From assembly GCA_024650005.2 (NCBI GenBank), contig CP122380.1:1920001-1984000 (forward strand): a stretch of DNA of 64,000 nucleotides, given 5' to 3'. The stretch's first letter is position 1. Each line of letters opens with the position of its first letter. Positions 1 to 9,535 of the stretch are shown piece by piece. This stretch comes from Candidatus Bathyarchaeum tardum. Its GTDB lineage: Archaea; Thermoproteota; Bathyarchaeia; Bathyarchaeales; Bathyarchaeaceae. The notes under the pieces were generated by a model. The model had not been told where the DNA came from and made no database searches. It worked only from the letters and a program-made list of their open reading frames with translations. The translations under genes and the position numbers were made by a program.

Positions 1-1
1 A

Positions 2-250
2 GTCGGATTTGGCGAACAAACAACAAAAAACGAAGTTATTAAACACCTAAAAGAATTCAAAAAACGCTGCAATTCAAGGCTTGAAAACGCTATTGCCTTT
101 GAAAACGAGATAAAAAACAGACCCAATCAAACCGAAAGAGGCTTTTACACATTACTAACAGTATTACTGGGCAAAAATTTTGAAAAAGCAGGAATAGACT
201 GGGCAGACACAGCAATAAAACTACTAAACGAACATATTGAACAAAAATGA
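2..250 (+). CDS. Partial CDS (5' end outside window), probable C-terminal helical domain of a PadR-family regulator
   Basis: Open frame from base 2 to TGA at 248-250 (VGFGEQTTKNEVIKHLKEFKK...YTLLTVLLGKNFEKAGIDWADTAIKLL). The L..G..FE...I.W....I pattern is typical of PadR C-terminal domains. Confidence 0.55.
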   Translation, partial: VGFGEQTTKNEVIKHLKEFKKRCNSRLENAIAFENEIKNRPNQTERGFYTLLTVLLGKNFEKAGIDWADTAIKLLNEHIEQK

Positions 251-274
251 AAACAAAAGGATTAACTGAAAAAC

Positions 275-694
275 ATGAAAAAATCCAAGAAACAGGTCAC
301 CTTCAAACAGCGGTACCTTGGAATCGTGTTTATTGTTATTGTTCAGGCAATTGTTGGAACTATACACCTGTTTTTTGGATTAGCGTTGATTTCAGGCAAT
401 TTCTCATTTAGCACGTATCCGACAATGTTTAGTTACAGCATTTACACTTTGGTTTACGGATCGTTAACAATAATTTTCACATACTGGATTTGGAAAGAAA
501 AACAGTTAGGCTGGATAGGAACCGTAACAATCGCATTATTTGTGATCACAGTTGATTCCCTAGCAGTGTTCAATGTAACAAACTTTCTTGGAATTCCTGC
601 ACCAAAAGTCGCCGCAATAGGAGAAATACCATACAGCATGCTAGCGTTAGTGTACCTTCTCCAAAATCATGTGAGGGCAAAATACAATATCTAA
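275..694 (+). CDS. Hypothetical membrane protein, about 4 TM helices
   Basis: 139 aa with several hydrophobic segments, co-oriented downstream of the PadR-like gene. Confidence 0.7.
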   Translation: MKKSKKQVTFKQRYLGIVFIVIVQAIVGTIHLFFGLALISGNFSFSTYPTMFSYSIYTLVYGSLTIIFTYWIWKEKQLGWIGTVTIALFVITVDSLAVFNVTNFLGIPAPKVAAIGEIPYSMLALVYLLQNHVRAKYNI

Positions 695-1995
695 CTTTTT
701 TTGGCGAGTTTTCTTGTTACAGAATATACTAATAGAACAATTAAAGCTGAAATTACAATTATCACAAAAATGAAAAGCATCAATGAAGGAGAGCTGGGCT
801 CATTAAGTGTTTGTGCTTTGATTAACCAAAAATCATAGTCTCCAGTTTCCCATGAACCCAAAGCCCCAGATAAAATGTAATCGCCATCCATGGTTTGAAA
901 CAATGAAGGATAACCCAAAAGTGCATTACCAATAAAGGTCTGATTCCACTGCATTTTTCCATGTTCATCAGTTTTAATTAACAAAAAATCAGACAAACGA
1001 TCATCATCAGGTCTTACAACGTAACTTGCCACAGCAAAGCCACCGTCGGAAGTCTGAATAACAGTAGGAAAACGAACCATATTATGTAATCCATAGTTTT
1101 TAGTCCACTTAATATTTCCAGCAGAATCAAGTTTAGTCATACAGAAATCAAAGCTTTGATAATCCAAAGAACGAGAGTAACCTGCAAAAACAAGACTTCC
1201 ATCGAACACCTGAACAAAAGAATGGACATTCTGCATGTTCAAATCAGTTTGATTCCATTCCACATTTCCAACAGAATCAGTTTTCATAACTAAAAAGCCA
1301 GCAAAACCATTAAATTTCGTAGAAAGGGTCCGAATAAAAACAAATCCACCATCATGGGTCTGGATTAAACCAGATGCACGATCGGGTTCAGAATAATTGT
1401 AAAGTTTGCTCCATTCTTTGTTTCCAAGAGAGTCGGTTTTAATCAACAAAAAATCGTCAGAGTCACCGATAGATGAAAAAGAATTTCCCAACAAGGCATA
1501 CCCGCCATCTGAAGTCTGGGTCACAGAAGCCCCGTTAAAATGACCCACTTCTGCATCGTAGGTTTGGTTCCATTCCATGTTTCCATGCTCATCAGTTTTA
1601 GCCAACCAAACATACGACCAAAACCCATCAGGCAACTGCCCAACTGGGATATACCCTTCAAAAGTGAAGGCATCCGTGCCCACAAAAATAAATCCCCCAT
1701 CATTAGTTTGAACACAAGAAGACCCCCAATCAATCGTTTTGTTCCATTGCATATCACCTTCTGCATCAGCTTTCACTAACCAACCTACACCTGAACCAAA
1801 AGAGTAAGAGTGCCCAAACAAAACAACTCCACCATCACCAGTTTGAAAACTAGAGACGCAAATATCCATTCCGTCACCGCCATAAGTTCGACTCCACATC
1901 ATGGAAGCTTCAGCAAAAATAGTGAAAAGAGAACTAACTAAAACACCCACAATTACCAACAAAAACAGCATTGTTAGTTGTTTCATCGAAGTCAC
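691..1995 (-). CDS. Secreted, C-terminally anchored beta-propeller repeat protein
   Basis: N-terminal signal peptide, about 7 repeats of QTxDGG(F/Y)...(L)xKTDxxGNxxWNxT, and a C-terminal TM helix followed by a basic tail. Confidence 0.8.
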   Translation of the reverse strand: MTSMKQLTMLFLLVIVGVLVSSLFTIFAEASMMWSRTYGGDGMDICVSSFQTGDGGVVLFGHSYSFGSGVGWLVKADAEGDMQWNKTIDWGSSCVQTNDGGFIFVGTDAFTFEGYIPVGQLPDGFWSYVWLAKTDEHGNMEWNQTYDAEVGHFNGASVTQTSDGGYALLGNSFSSIGDSDDFLLIKTDSLGNKEWSKLYNYSEPDRASGLIQTHDGGFVFIRTLSTKFNGFAGFLVMKTDSVGNVEWNQTDLNMQNVHSFVQVFDGSLVFAGYSRSLDYQSFDFCMTKLDSAGNIKWTKNYGLHNMVRFPTVIQTSDGGFAVASYVVRPDDDRLSDFLLIKTDEHGKMQWNQTFIGNALLGYPSLFQTMDGDYILSGALGSWETGDYDFWLIKAQTLNEPSSPSLMLFIFVIIVISALIVLLVYSVTRKLAKKS

Positions 1996-2031
1996 AAATT
2001 ACTTTTTGGCGAATTCAATGAAAAAGGGTTT

Positions 2032-2089
2032 TTGTCAAGAAACATTGACCAAAAATCAACTCTGGCTTGTCAAGAAAGTTTGACCAAAA
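2032..2089. promoter_or_regulatory. Two tandem palindromic sites (GTCAA-N6-TTGAC), probable operator
   Basis: ttgtcaagaaacattgaccaaaa (2032-2054) and ttgtcaagaaagtttgaccaaaa (2067-2089), 35-bp period, just upstream of the gene starting at 1995 (-). Confidence 0.55.
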
Positions 2090-2193
2090 TTATCATCCTT
2101 TTTCGCATTTTAAAGATGAATCTGGATGTTTACTGCATTTAAAATTTTTTCTGTACCGTAGGTAGTTTGGTTTAGTTGTTGAATTTAGTGTTG

Positions 2194-3783
2194 TTATCCT
2201 AGGCTTTTTCTTAGTTTAGCAGCTTCGTTTACGTAATATTTTGCTTGTTGGTCGTGCTGTTCCAAGTAAGAGATTAAGAAATTGTTCAAGGCGTTTTCGT
2301 ATTTTCGTTGGGTGAGGGTTCGGGGACCAAACTTGACCCCAAGATTTTCCTGAGCCACGTTAATATCCAACAACAAACGGGTAAGACCCGAACTCAAACG
2401 GTTCTCATTCATGCCAGCAGATTTGGAAACTTCCTTATACATTCCCATCAACATGTTGATGTTTTGCCACGATAAAAGCTGAGCAACAGCACAAAGGTCT
2501 GAGCGCAAATTAACATAATTTCGGTTAAGGACTTCTTGTTCTTCTTCAGTTAATTCAGTTAAGGCTGACAACCCAACAAACTCGGCAGGAATACCCAAAG
2601 AATAAAACACCGCAGCAAAAGTAATTGCCCGAGGCAACTCAACACCCTCCACCACGTTTCTGCTGTAACCAAACAACCCAATATGCAGTTTTCGTGCCCG
2701 ACGCTTAGGAATAAATGGCACCACCTTAGAAATCAGGGGAGCTAAATCTTCCACTACCAACTGGTACTTGGATTGGAACTTTTTAATCACTCCAAGCAAG
2801 ATTTTCTCTTCTTCTGAGTCAATAAGGGCTGGCTCACCAAAGGGAAGCTTCTCATTCAAAGTAGAAACAACCCGTTTAACGGCATCAAGACCAAAATCGT
2901 ACTTCAAGCCCGATTGAACAGTTGCCGTGGTAACTCCTTTGTATTCCTCCAAGAACAAATCCAAATTGTCAGGAGATAAATGACCCCTAAACGGCAAGGA
3001 ACCCACACCCACAATAGGATATAAAGGAACATCCTTGCGTTTCTCCAGAATCTTCAGTTTCGACAACGCAATCTTTGAAAGAAGAGTGGCACAAACTAAG
3101 CCATAGTTAAGGGCAGGATCAGACCGCGCCAAAAAAACTCGCATATATTTTGGCTTAACAGCATCAATGTAAGGTTCAACTATTTTGTCCGCTTTCAATA
3201 AACTGTCCATGTCTTCAATCAAAGGAATAATTTGAATACTATTTGGCCGAACAGAACCAATCCAATCCTTAACCGTAACAGAATCCTGTAACTCAATGTC
3301 TTGTACTCCAACAATGGCTTTTCTGTAATAATTAAACAAAGACAGCAACTCGCTGCTGTCAGTGGTCAATGGGAGAATAACTTCAAAAATAGGCGCAACC
3401 TCGCATTTGTAGAATGCTGAACCAACATCACAGCCTGCAGTTATGTTTTGAAGAGTTTCAACAACGATTTTGCGTTCAGTAGCTTCAACCCGAGGATTAG
3501 GAATACGATACGTCAAAAAAAGGTCGCGACCAAGCACATTATCCTTGAAATAGTCAGGATTAAAGCTCAAAAGTTTACGAACAACACGAATGTCAGTGTC
3601 TTTTCCTTCGGAATCCCACATAACCTCGTGGCAACCCAACTCCTTGTAAGCAAAATATGCCTCATGAATCTCAGAGTCTCCTTCAATCAGTTCCTCAGTT
3701 TGCCACAACGGAGCAGAAGCATTATCCGGATGCTGCGTCGACATAGAACGCGGAATTAATCTATCACCAGAAGACTTCTCCAA
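2194..3783 (-). CDS. ppcA: Archaeal-type phosphoenolpyruvate carboxylase
   Basis: IPRSMSTQHPDNA, MWDSEGK, RVFLARSDPALNYG, GSLPFRGHL, RARKLHIGLFGYSR and LPRAITF motifs; 529 aa. Confidence 0.95.
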   Translation of the reverse strand: MEKSSGDRLIPRSMSTQHPDNASAPLWQTEELIEGDSEIHEAYFAYKELGCHEVMWDSEGKDTDIRVVRKLLSFNPDYFKDNVLGRDLFLTYRIPNPRVEATERKIVVETLQNITAGCDVGSAFYKCEVAPIFEVILPLTTDSSELLSLFNYYRKAIVGVQDIELQDSVTVKDWIGSVRPNSIQIIPLIEDMDSLLKADKIVEPYIDAVKPKYMRVFLARSDPALNYGLVCATLLSKIALSKLKILEKRKDVPLYPIVGVGSLPFRGHLSPDNLDLFLEEYKGVTTATVQSGLKYDFGLDAVKRVVSTLNEKLPFGEPALIDSEEEKILLGVIKKFQSKYQLVVEDLAPLISKVVPFIPKRRARKLHIGLFGYSRNVVEGVELPRAITFAAVFYSLGIPAEFVGLSALTELTEEEQEVLNRNYVNLRSDLCAVAQLLSWQNINMLMGMYKEVSKSAGMNENRLSSGLTRLLLDINVAQENLGVKFGPRTLTQRKYENALNNFLISYLEQHDQQAKYYVNEAAKLRKSLG

Positions 3784-3932
3784 ATCTTAACGCCAACCTA
3801 CTTGGATAAAGCAAGCTAGCCATTAATATATTTCCATTTTAAATATTCAGCCAATCACGCCATAAACGATGCTGCCTTTGAAAAACAAGGATAATAAACC
3901 ACCAGAACCATAACTAACCAGAAGAGAAAAAC

Positions 3933-5150
3933 ATGAAAAAAGCTTTCACTATTCCGTTAGTGTGCATGCTATTAATAGTAACAACGGGTTTTCTTGTTTC
4001 TTCAGTCCACGAAACATCGAGCACACCAACAAATGCAGATTGTCTAGTTGGCGTAGCCTTCTGTGGAAACACAACCCAAGAAGCAAAGCTACTCATCGAC
4101 AGGGTGAAAGATTACACAAACTTGTTTGTTTTACAGTCTGGACCAGTGAGTGAAAACGAAACAGCAACAACCGAAATCTGTGATTATGCAGTAGAGGCTG
4201 GACTGGATTTAATCGTGTTTTTTGGTGACCTTGATCCCCAAGTACTTCAGATAAAAGAAGAATTTTTGGAAAAAAATGTGACTTGGAGAACTTCTTGGCT
4301 TGCCAAAGCCAAGGAAAAGTATGGTGACAAAATCCTTGGAATTTATTATTATGACGAACCCGGAGGAAAGTGGCTTGATTTCCAAAGCTGGAACATTCTT
4401 ATTGAAAGGGCATTTAATGTTACAGACTACCATGAAGCGATAGTTGAAGCAACATATGATGAAGTAGCCGAAGCATACATACGAGCTGATGAGGGTGACA
4501 GAGGATATCATCAAATTAGAGAGAATTCTTTGATGCTTTTTTCGTCAGATTACGTGCTTTATTGGTTTGATTACCTTATGGGCTATGATGTGATGCTTGC
4601 ACAGATAGGATGGAACCATACTCTTGCCCAAGACATTGCATTAATACGGGGAGCTGCAACAATGCAAAACAAAAGCTGGGGCACGATAATCACATGGAAA
4701 TACAATAATCCCCCTTACCTTGACTCTGCAGAAAACATCTACGACCAGATGCTAACCTCATATAAGACAGGAGCAGAATACATTGTCTTGTTTAATTATC
4801 CAACGTATCCAGAAACAAACCAGTTCGGAATAATGACCGACAATCATTTTGAAACCTTAGAAAACTTTTGGAACAATGTCGTAACTAACTCGGAAGTTAT
4901 TCATGGCTCAGAAAAAGCGGAAGCAGTTTTGGTGTTGCCCCAAAATTATGGTTGGGGAATGCGAAGCCCAACAGACAAAATCTGGGCTTTCTTGGAACCA
5001 ATAGAAGAATCAGACCAAATTTGGACAAATCTTTGCATACTTTTGGAAAAATACGACATAAACTTAGACATCATCTATGACGATCCAAATTATGCGCCAG
5101 AAGACATTTACACTCTGATTTACTACTGGAACCAGAGAATCAACCCATAA
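3933..5150 (+). CDS. Secreted hypothetical protein, possibly a glycoside-hydrolase-like TIM barrel
   Basis: Signal peptide, GIYYYDEPGG motif and aromatic-rich sequence. The fold assignment is an inference. Confidence 0.6.
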   Translation: MKKAFTIPLVCMLLIVTTGFLVSSVHETSSTPTNADCLVGVAFCGNTTQEAKLLIDRVKDYTNLFVLQSGPVSENETATTEICDYAVEAGLDLIVFFGDLDPQVLQIKEEFLEKNVTWRTSWLAKAKEKYGDKILGIYYYDEPGGKWLDFQSWNILIERAFNVTDYHEAIVEATYDEVAEAYIRADEGDRGYHQIRENSLMLFSSDYVLYWFDYLMGYDVMLAQIGWNHTLAQDIALIRGAATMQNKSWGTIITWKYNNPPYLDSAENIYDQMLTSYKTGAEYIVLFNYPTYPETNQFGIMTDNHFETLENFWNNVVTNSEVIHGSEKAEAVLVLPQNYGWGMRSPTDKIWAFLEPIEESDQIWTNLCILLEKYDINLDIIYDDPNYAPEDIYTLIYYWNQRINP

Positions 5151-5235
5151 TTGCAAAATAAATAGAATTGCTTTTCTGGTTAACTTTATATGGAGATGTA
5201 AACTTCAAGAGAACATCCAAACTTTGTATCTGTAA

Positions 5236-5817
5236 ATGGGGGATTACAAAAAAATGGATGCAACCGAAGACAGTTCAATTATGCGTGTTGTAAAAACACT
5301 TGCTAAAACAAAAGTCAGCAATCTTGCTATCAACAAGCTTGAACAACTTGCTAACAAAGTTGGAGTAGAAGAAAAAGAACTGTTTCAGCTTTATCTCGAA
5401 GCAAAAAATAATTCACACATAGACAATTTTGCATCAACATCTTACGATGAACGAATTATCCTTTTGCCAAGATGCATACGAGACCTAAATTGCCCAGCCA
5501 AAATTGGAAACAATGGATATGAATGTAAACAATGTGGAAAATGTGATGCTACCGAAATAACAAAAACGACAAAAAAACTTGGATACAAGGGCACTTTTAT
5601 GCTTCCTGGAGGAAGTTTGGCAAAATCAATCATAGCGAAAATGAAACCTAAAGCTGTGATAGGCGTAGCATGCGCAAAAGAACTCATTATGGGAATCTGC
5701 ATGTGCGAAAAAAGTGGAGTATTCGCTCAAGGTGTAGAGTTGTTAAAAGATGGTTGTATAAACACAATCGTAGACATGAAAACCTTAATGAATACAGTTA
5801 AAACCAACAAAATCTAA
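5236..5817 (+). CDS. DUF116 family Cys-rich protein
   Basis: LLPRCIR..CPA, ECKQCGKC, PGGS, IGVACAKEL and GCINT motifs. Confidence 0.85.
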   Translation: MGDYKKMDATEDSSIMRVVKTLAKTKVSNLAINKLEQLANKVGVEEKELFQLYLEAKNNSHIDNFASTSYDERIILLPRCIRDLNCPAKIGNNGYECKQCGKCDATEITKTTKKLGYKGTFMLPGGSLAKSIIAKMKPKAVIGVACAKELIMGICMCEKSGVFAQGVELLKDGCINTIVDMKTLMNTVKTNKI

Positions 5818-5820
5818 GAT

Positions 5821-6603
5821 TTACTCATCAAAAGGTTGATTGCCAATTTTTTGGATTATTTTTTTTGGCGAAAAAGGAACCAAAACAGCTGACTTAATGT
5901 AACGCCCAATCTTTGGAATCAATCCTACGGCGTCTGTTCCCAATTTGCACAAAACAACTTGCTCCAAGACCCCCAAGGATTCAATTTTAATTATGTCTCG
6001 GGCATGTCTGGACCATTGTATTACTTGTTCAACCTTTGAAAAATGGGAACCGAGAATAACCAATCTATCAAAACGGGAACCAACCCAATCATGAAACAAA
6101 GAAACCTGCTTATCAGACAAAACCGCTTTAACAGTTGAACGGTTCGGATTCACATTTTCTGTAAGTTTGACTTCAACGGGAACATTATTATACAAACAGA
6201 AAAGTTTAACCAATTCCTGAAATGGAATCTGTTTCCCGTCAGCTAATTGAGCCCACAAATCAGTTTCAGAAATTATTGCATCACAAGGTTTAGGCGAAAC
6301 AATCCCCAAATCCACGTGCAGTTCATCACTTTTTTTGTTTGAAGAAAAAATTCTGCCTTTAACAACAGAAAACTTATGCAGTTCATCGAAAAAACAGGGC
6401 GCTAACCCAATTTCTTGCTCAAACAAATTCAGAGCTATTGGTGTATCATTTCCTGAAATGTCGACTTGTATCCAACCGCGGTCTGTTTTACCCCTAAACT
6501 GTAACTGAACTTCAAGACCTTCAACTAAACTAGAATAGAGATCTTGAAAAATTGTTGCAGAATTTGAACCATAAAATTTGTCAAGAAGAGTTATTGTGGG
6601 CAT
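5821..6603 (-). CDS. DUF2110-like archaeal conserved protein
   Basis: Sits in the conserved tfe-HD-DUF2110 neighbourhood; ATG at 6603 (MPTITLLDKFYG), GWIQVDISG and GTDAVGLIPKIG. Confidence 0.7.
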   Translation of the reverse strand: MPTITLLDKFYGSNSATIFQDLYSSLVEGLEVQLQFRGKTDRGWIQVDISGNDTPIALNLFEQEIGLAPCFFDELHKFSVVKGRIFSSNKKSDELHVDLGIVSPKPCDAIISETDLWAQLADGKQIPFQELVKLFCLYNNVPVEVKLTENVNPNRSTVKAVLSDKQVSLFHDWVGSRFDRLVILGSHFSKVEQVIQWSRHARDIIKIESLGVLEQVVLCKLGTDAVGLIPKIGRYIKSAVLVPFSPKKIIQKIGNQPFDE

Positions 6604-7135
6604 CCAGTTCACTTACCAAAGGAGAGATTTCTTCGTGAAGCTTTATAACATGATTTATTGCAGGGTGATTTGCCCCAAGTTTTTCCGAAAACTGGTTTAT
6701 TGCATGTTCTATGGGCACAATTTCAGAACCAAAAATCAGTTTGTCAGCATAGGCTACAAGTTTTTCTTCCAAAGTCACTGGAAAATAATCTTTTACAGGC
6801 AAACCAAGATTTTTTGCTTCTTGTGCCCCTATTCCGCCGCCGATGTGATGTTCAATAATGGAAATTACAGATTCAGGAAAATTCAAAGATTTCGCAATTT
6901 CAACCCCAATGACAGCATGGGTTACGTCATGGGTTTTTGAGCGCCCAATATCATGAAGAAGCCCACCAACTTCAACTAAGTTAGTGTCAACAAGTATTCC
7001 TTTGCTTTCACAAATTTTGGCAAACTTCACTGCAAGAGCAGAAACCGCCTTACAGTGAGAAACAACCCTTTCAGAACATCCAACATCAAAAAGAAGTTTC
7101 AACGCCATCTGCGGTGAAAGCAGGTCATCATTCAC
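6581..7135 (-). CDS. HDIG/HD-domain phosphohydrolase (TIGR00295-like)
   Basis: VVSHC, GLLHDIGRSKTH, HHIGGGI and EEKLVAYADKL motifs. Confidence 0.9.
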   Translation of the reverse strand: MNDDLLSPQMALKLLFDVGCSERVVSHCKAVSALAVKFAKICESKGILVDTNLVEVGGLLHDIGRSKTHDVTHAVIGVEIAKSLNFPESVISIIEHHIGGGIGAQEAKNLGLPVKDYFPVTLEEKLVAYADKLIFGSEIVPIEHAINQFSEKLGANHPAINHVIKLHEEISPLVSELDAHNNSS

Positions 7136-7640
7136 CTAATTCCTTCCTTAGGTTCTTGATATGGTCTTCTAAACAACTCTTGAGTTCCGTATTATCAAAA
7201 TGCATCAAAAGTTTGTTACATGTGGGACAGCGAAAAACGAGTTCCATTGCTTCTTCAAAGGGGATGCGTTTACATCCTTCTGTGGAACACGAATAAAAAT
7301 CGTGGGCATTTTCATATTCAAGTCTTGTCTCAAGTTTTTCTAAAACACGACGCTTCTGGTTCAAAATAAATCCAGCAAGTTGGTCAAGTTGAAGTCTCCA
7401 GTGAAAAATAAACCATCCTGTGGTTTTGTCACGCGACCGTCTTAGACCCACTAAAGAGTGGTCGTAAAGCTTGTAGAGAATTTTGCGGACAGTATTAAGC
7501 CGTATTTCTGTTTGGGCTGCTATTTCATCATCTGTAGTTTCATTTACACCTTTTAATGCATTGATAATCTGAACAGCGTCTTCGCCACCGAAAGCTTCAG
7601 CAACCCTTTGCAAAGTTTTATCGTCTACGAAAGTTAACAT
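7128..7640 (-). CDS. tfe: Transcription factor E, alpha subunit
   Basis: Winged helix (TDDEIA...LNTVRKILYKL, RDKTTGWFIFHW) plus zinc ribbon C..EGC...FRCPTC. Confidence 0.95.
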   Translation of the reverse strand: MLTFVDDKTLQRVAEAFGGEDAVQIINALKGVNETTDDEIAAQTEIRLNTVRKILYKLYDHSLVGLRRSRDKTTGWFIFHWRLQLDQLAGFILNQKRRVLEKLETRLEYENAHDFYSCSTEGCKRIPFEEAMELVFRCPTCNKLLMHFDNTELKSCLEDHIKNLRKELGE

Positions 7641-7710
7641 TAAGCCTTAGACTCCAACCTTATACTAAGCAATAACAAGGCTTAAATCTGTTACCAAATC
7701 GTTACTTGAC

Positions 7711-8262
7711 CTAAACTTCAACAACACGTTTTCCTCTGGCTTGAGGAACAATTTTCTTTTTCTTGTTCTGAATAAAATCTTCAGACAGACTTTTTCCTTC
7801 AAAAAAACGGTCAAGAAACACCGCCAAACTTGAAGCCTCAGAATGGGGCTGATTTCCCACAGCAACGTTAAAATCAGAAACAGCTTCTGAAAAAAAGTTT
7901 CCAGGCACTTTTTGGCTGCCCACAATAACCAGCACGTCTTTTTTTGTTTCTCGGATTCGTTGCATTACATCGCTTGTTTGAATGTTTTCTCCGTATGCAG
8001 TAAGATGGACAGCAACCCCATTGTTAGCCCGCCAATCTTTAACAACTTTCTTCCATGGTTGGTCCATCTTAAAATAAAAATCGCCACCCCATGCTTCCAC
8101 AACTTTTTCAACTGTTTCTTTCACTTTTTGGTCCGAAACATCTGCCATAATAAAACCAGATGCACCCAAAGCCCGAGCGGTTAAAGCCACATGAGAAGTT
8201 AACCTTTGGTCACGATGTCGATGACCCCAACGTAAAATAGCAACATTTTGAGGAGCTTTCAC
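7711..8262 (-). CDS. trm56: tRNA (cytidine(56)-2'-O)-methyltransferase
   Basis: LRWGHR.RDQRLTSHVALTARALGA, VHLTAYG, VGSQKVP and VGNQPHSE motifs; GTG start at 8262 preferred. Confidence 0.93.
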   Translation of the reverse strand: MKAPQNVAILRWGHRHRDQRLTSHVALTARALGASGFIMADVSDQKVKETVEKVVEAWGGDFYFKMDQPWKKVVKDWRANNGVAVHLTAYGENIQTSDVMQRIRETKKDVLVIVGSQKVPGNFFSEAVSDFNVAVGNQPHSEASSLAVFLDRFFEGKSLSEDFIQNKKKKIVPQARGKRVVEV

Positions 8263-8266
8263 GTCA

Positions 8267-9535
8267 TTAACTTTTGGATTCAGTGCTATAAACGCCTCCA
8301 AGGTTCTCTATGCGCCCTTTAATTCGGTCAGCAAGCCATGGAATTGCACGAAAAACACCTTTCACTGTTTGACCATCGTAGTTTATGTTTTGCACATGAG
8401 CCCGCTTGTAAAGTTCTGAAACCAAGGACATGGACTCGTTACTGATTTTCACAGAAAAGGAAGCTTCAACAAACACTTCAAGGAATTTTGTTAATTCTTC
8501 TTTTAATTTTTCTATGTTAATCTTTTTATCTGCAGAAATTGGAACAATGTTTGTTGCCTTGTCTTTTATCCGTTCAATTTTTGCGTTCAATTCGTTTTCG
8601 TCAATTAAATCAATCTTGTTAAGGGCAGTTACAATAGGCACTTCAGTTGCCCCAATTTGGTTTATCGTGTCCAAGCTACAAGACAGTTTTTTTTCAATGG
8701 TTTCTGGAGATTCACTCATGTCCAAAACAAGAATTATTATGTCCGAAAAGACCATTTCTTCAAGAGTTGAATGAAAAGCCTTAACTAACTTCAAAGGCAA
8801 CCGATCGATAAATCCAACAGTGTCAGTTAACAAAACTTTTCTTTTAGAAAACTCCACCGCCCGCGTGGTAGTAGATAAAGTAGTAAACAAAGCATTGTCG
8901 ACTTCAACAGTTTCTTCTGTTAGCAAATTAAACAACGAACTTTTACCGGCATTAGTATAACCTGCCAACGAAATAACGGAAAAACCTAGGTCATTTCTTC
9001 GAATGCGATGCAGTTGCCGTTCTTCTTGTTTTTTCTTCAGTTTTTCATTAATAAAACCGATTTGATACTTGACCCGTTCATAGTAAACGTCCACTTCATA
9101 TTTTCCTAACCCCATGAAACCCGGTTGTTCGTCCATTTTCCCAAGTTTTATGCGCTCTTTTGCCCTAGAAAGCTCGTAACGAAGACTAGCTAACTGAACC
9201 TGAAGTTCAGCCTCGTAAGTTGAAGCCCGAATTAAAAATATTTCAAGTATCAACTGAAAACGGTCAATTACCTCTAAACCTGTAAGGGCAGCCAAATTGT
9301 AAGACTGAAAAGGAGACAGGTTATTATCAAAAATGATTTTTTTTGCACCTGTTTTTTCTACAAGTTCAACTAGTTCTTTGGTTTTGCCGCGTCCAATCTG
9401 GTATTTGGGGTCACGTTTTCTAACTTGTTCCATTGAACCTACCGTGACGTATCCTGCTGCTTTAGCTAGCCCTTTAAGTTCATCTAAGCTTGAAGGTTCA
9501 TTGGCAAGCCGTCGCTGAACAAGGATGACGTTTAT
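8267..9535 (-). CDS. hflX: GTPase HflX, N-terminus extending to a probable ATA start at 9535
   Basis: GYTNAGKSSL, LFTTL, DTVGF and NKID motifs. The upstream in-frame sequence INVILVQRR..PSSLDELKGLAKAAGY is the typical HflX N-terminus. Confidence 0.93.
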   Translation of the reverse strand: MNVILVQRRLANEPSSLDELKGLAKAAGYVTVGSMEQVRKRDPKYQIGRGKTKELVELVEKTGAKKIIFDNNLSPFQSYNLAALTGLEVIDRFQLILEIFLIRASTYEAELQVQLASLRYELSRAKERIKLGKMDEQPGFMGLGKYEVDVYYERVKYQIGFINEKLKKKQEERQLHRIRRNDLGFSVISLAGYTNAGKSSLFNLLTEETVEVDNALFTTLSTTTRAVEFSKRKVLLTDTVGFIDRLPLKLVKAFHSTLEEMVFSDIIILVLDMSESPETIEKKLSCSLDTINQIGATEVPIVTALNKIDLIDENELNAKIERIKDKATNIVPISADKKINIEKLKEELTKFLEVFVEASFSVKISNESMSLVSELYKRAHVQNINYDGQTVKGVFRAIPWLADRIKGRIENLGGVYSTESKS

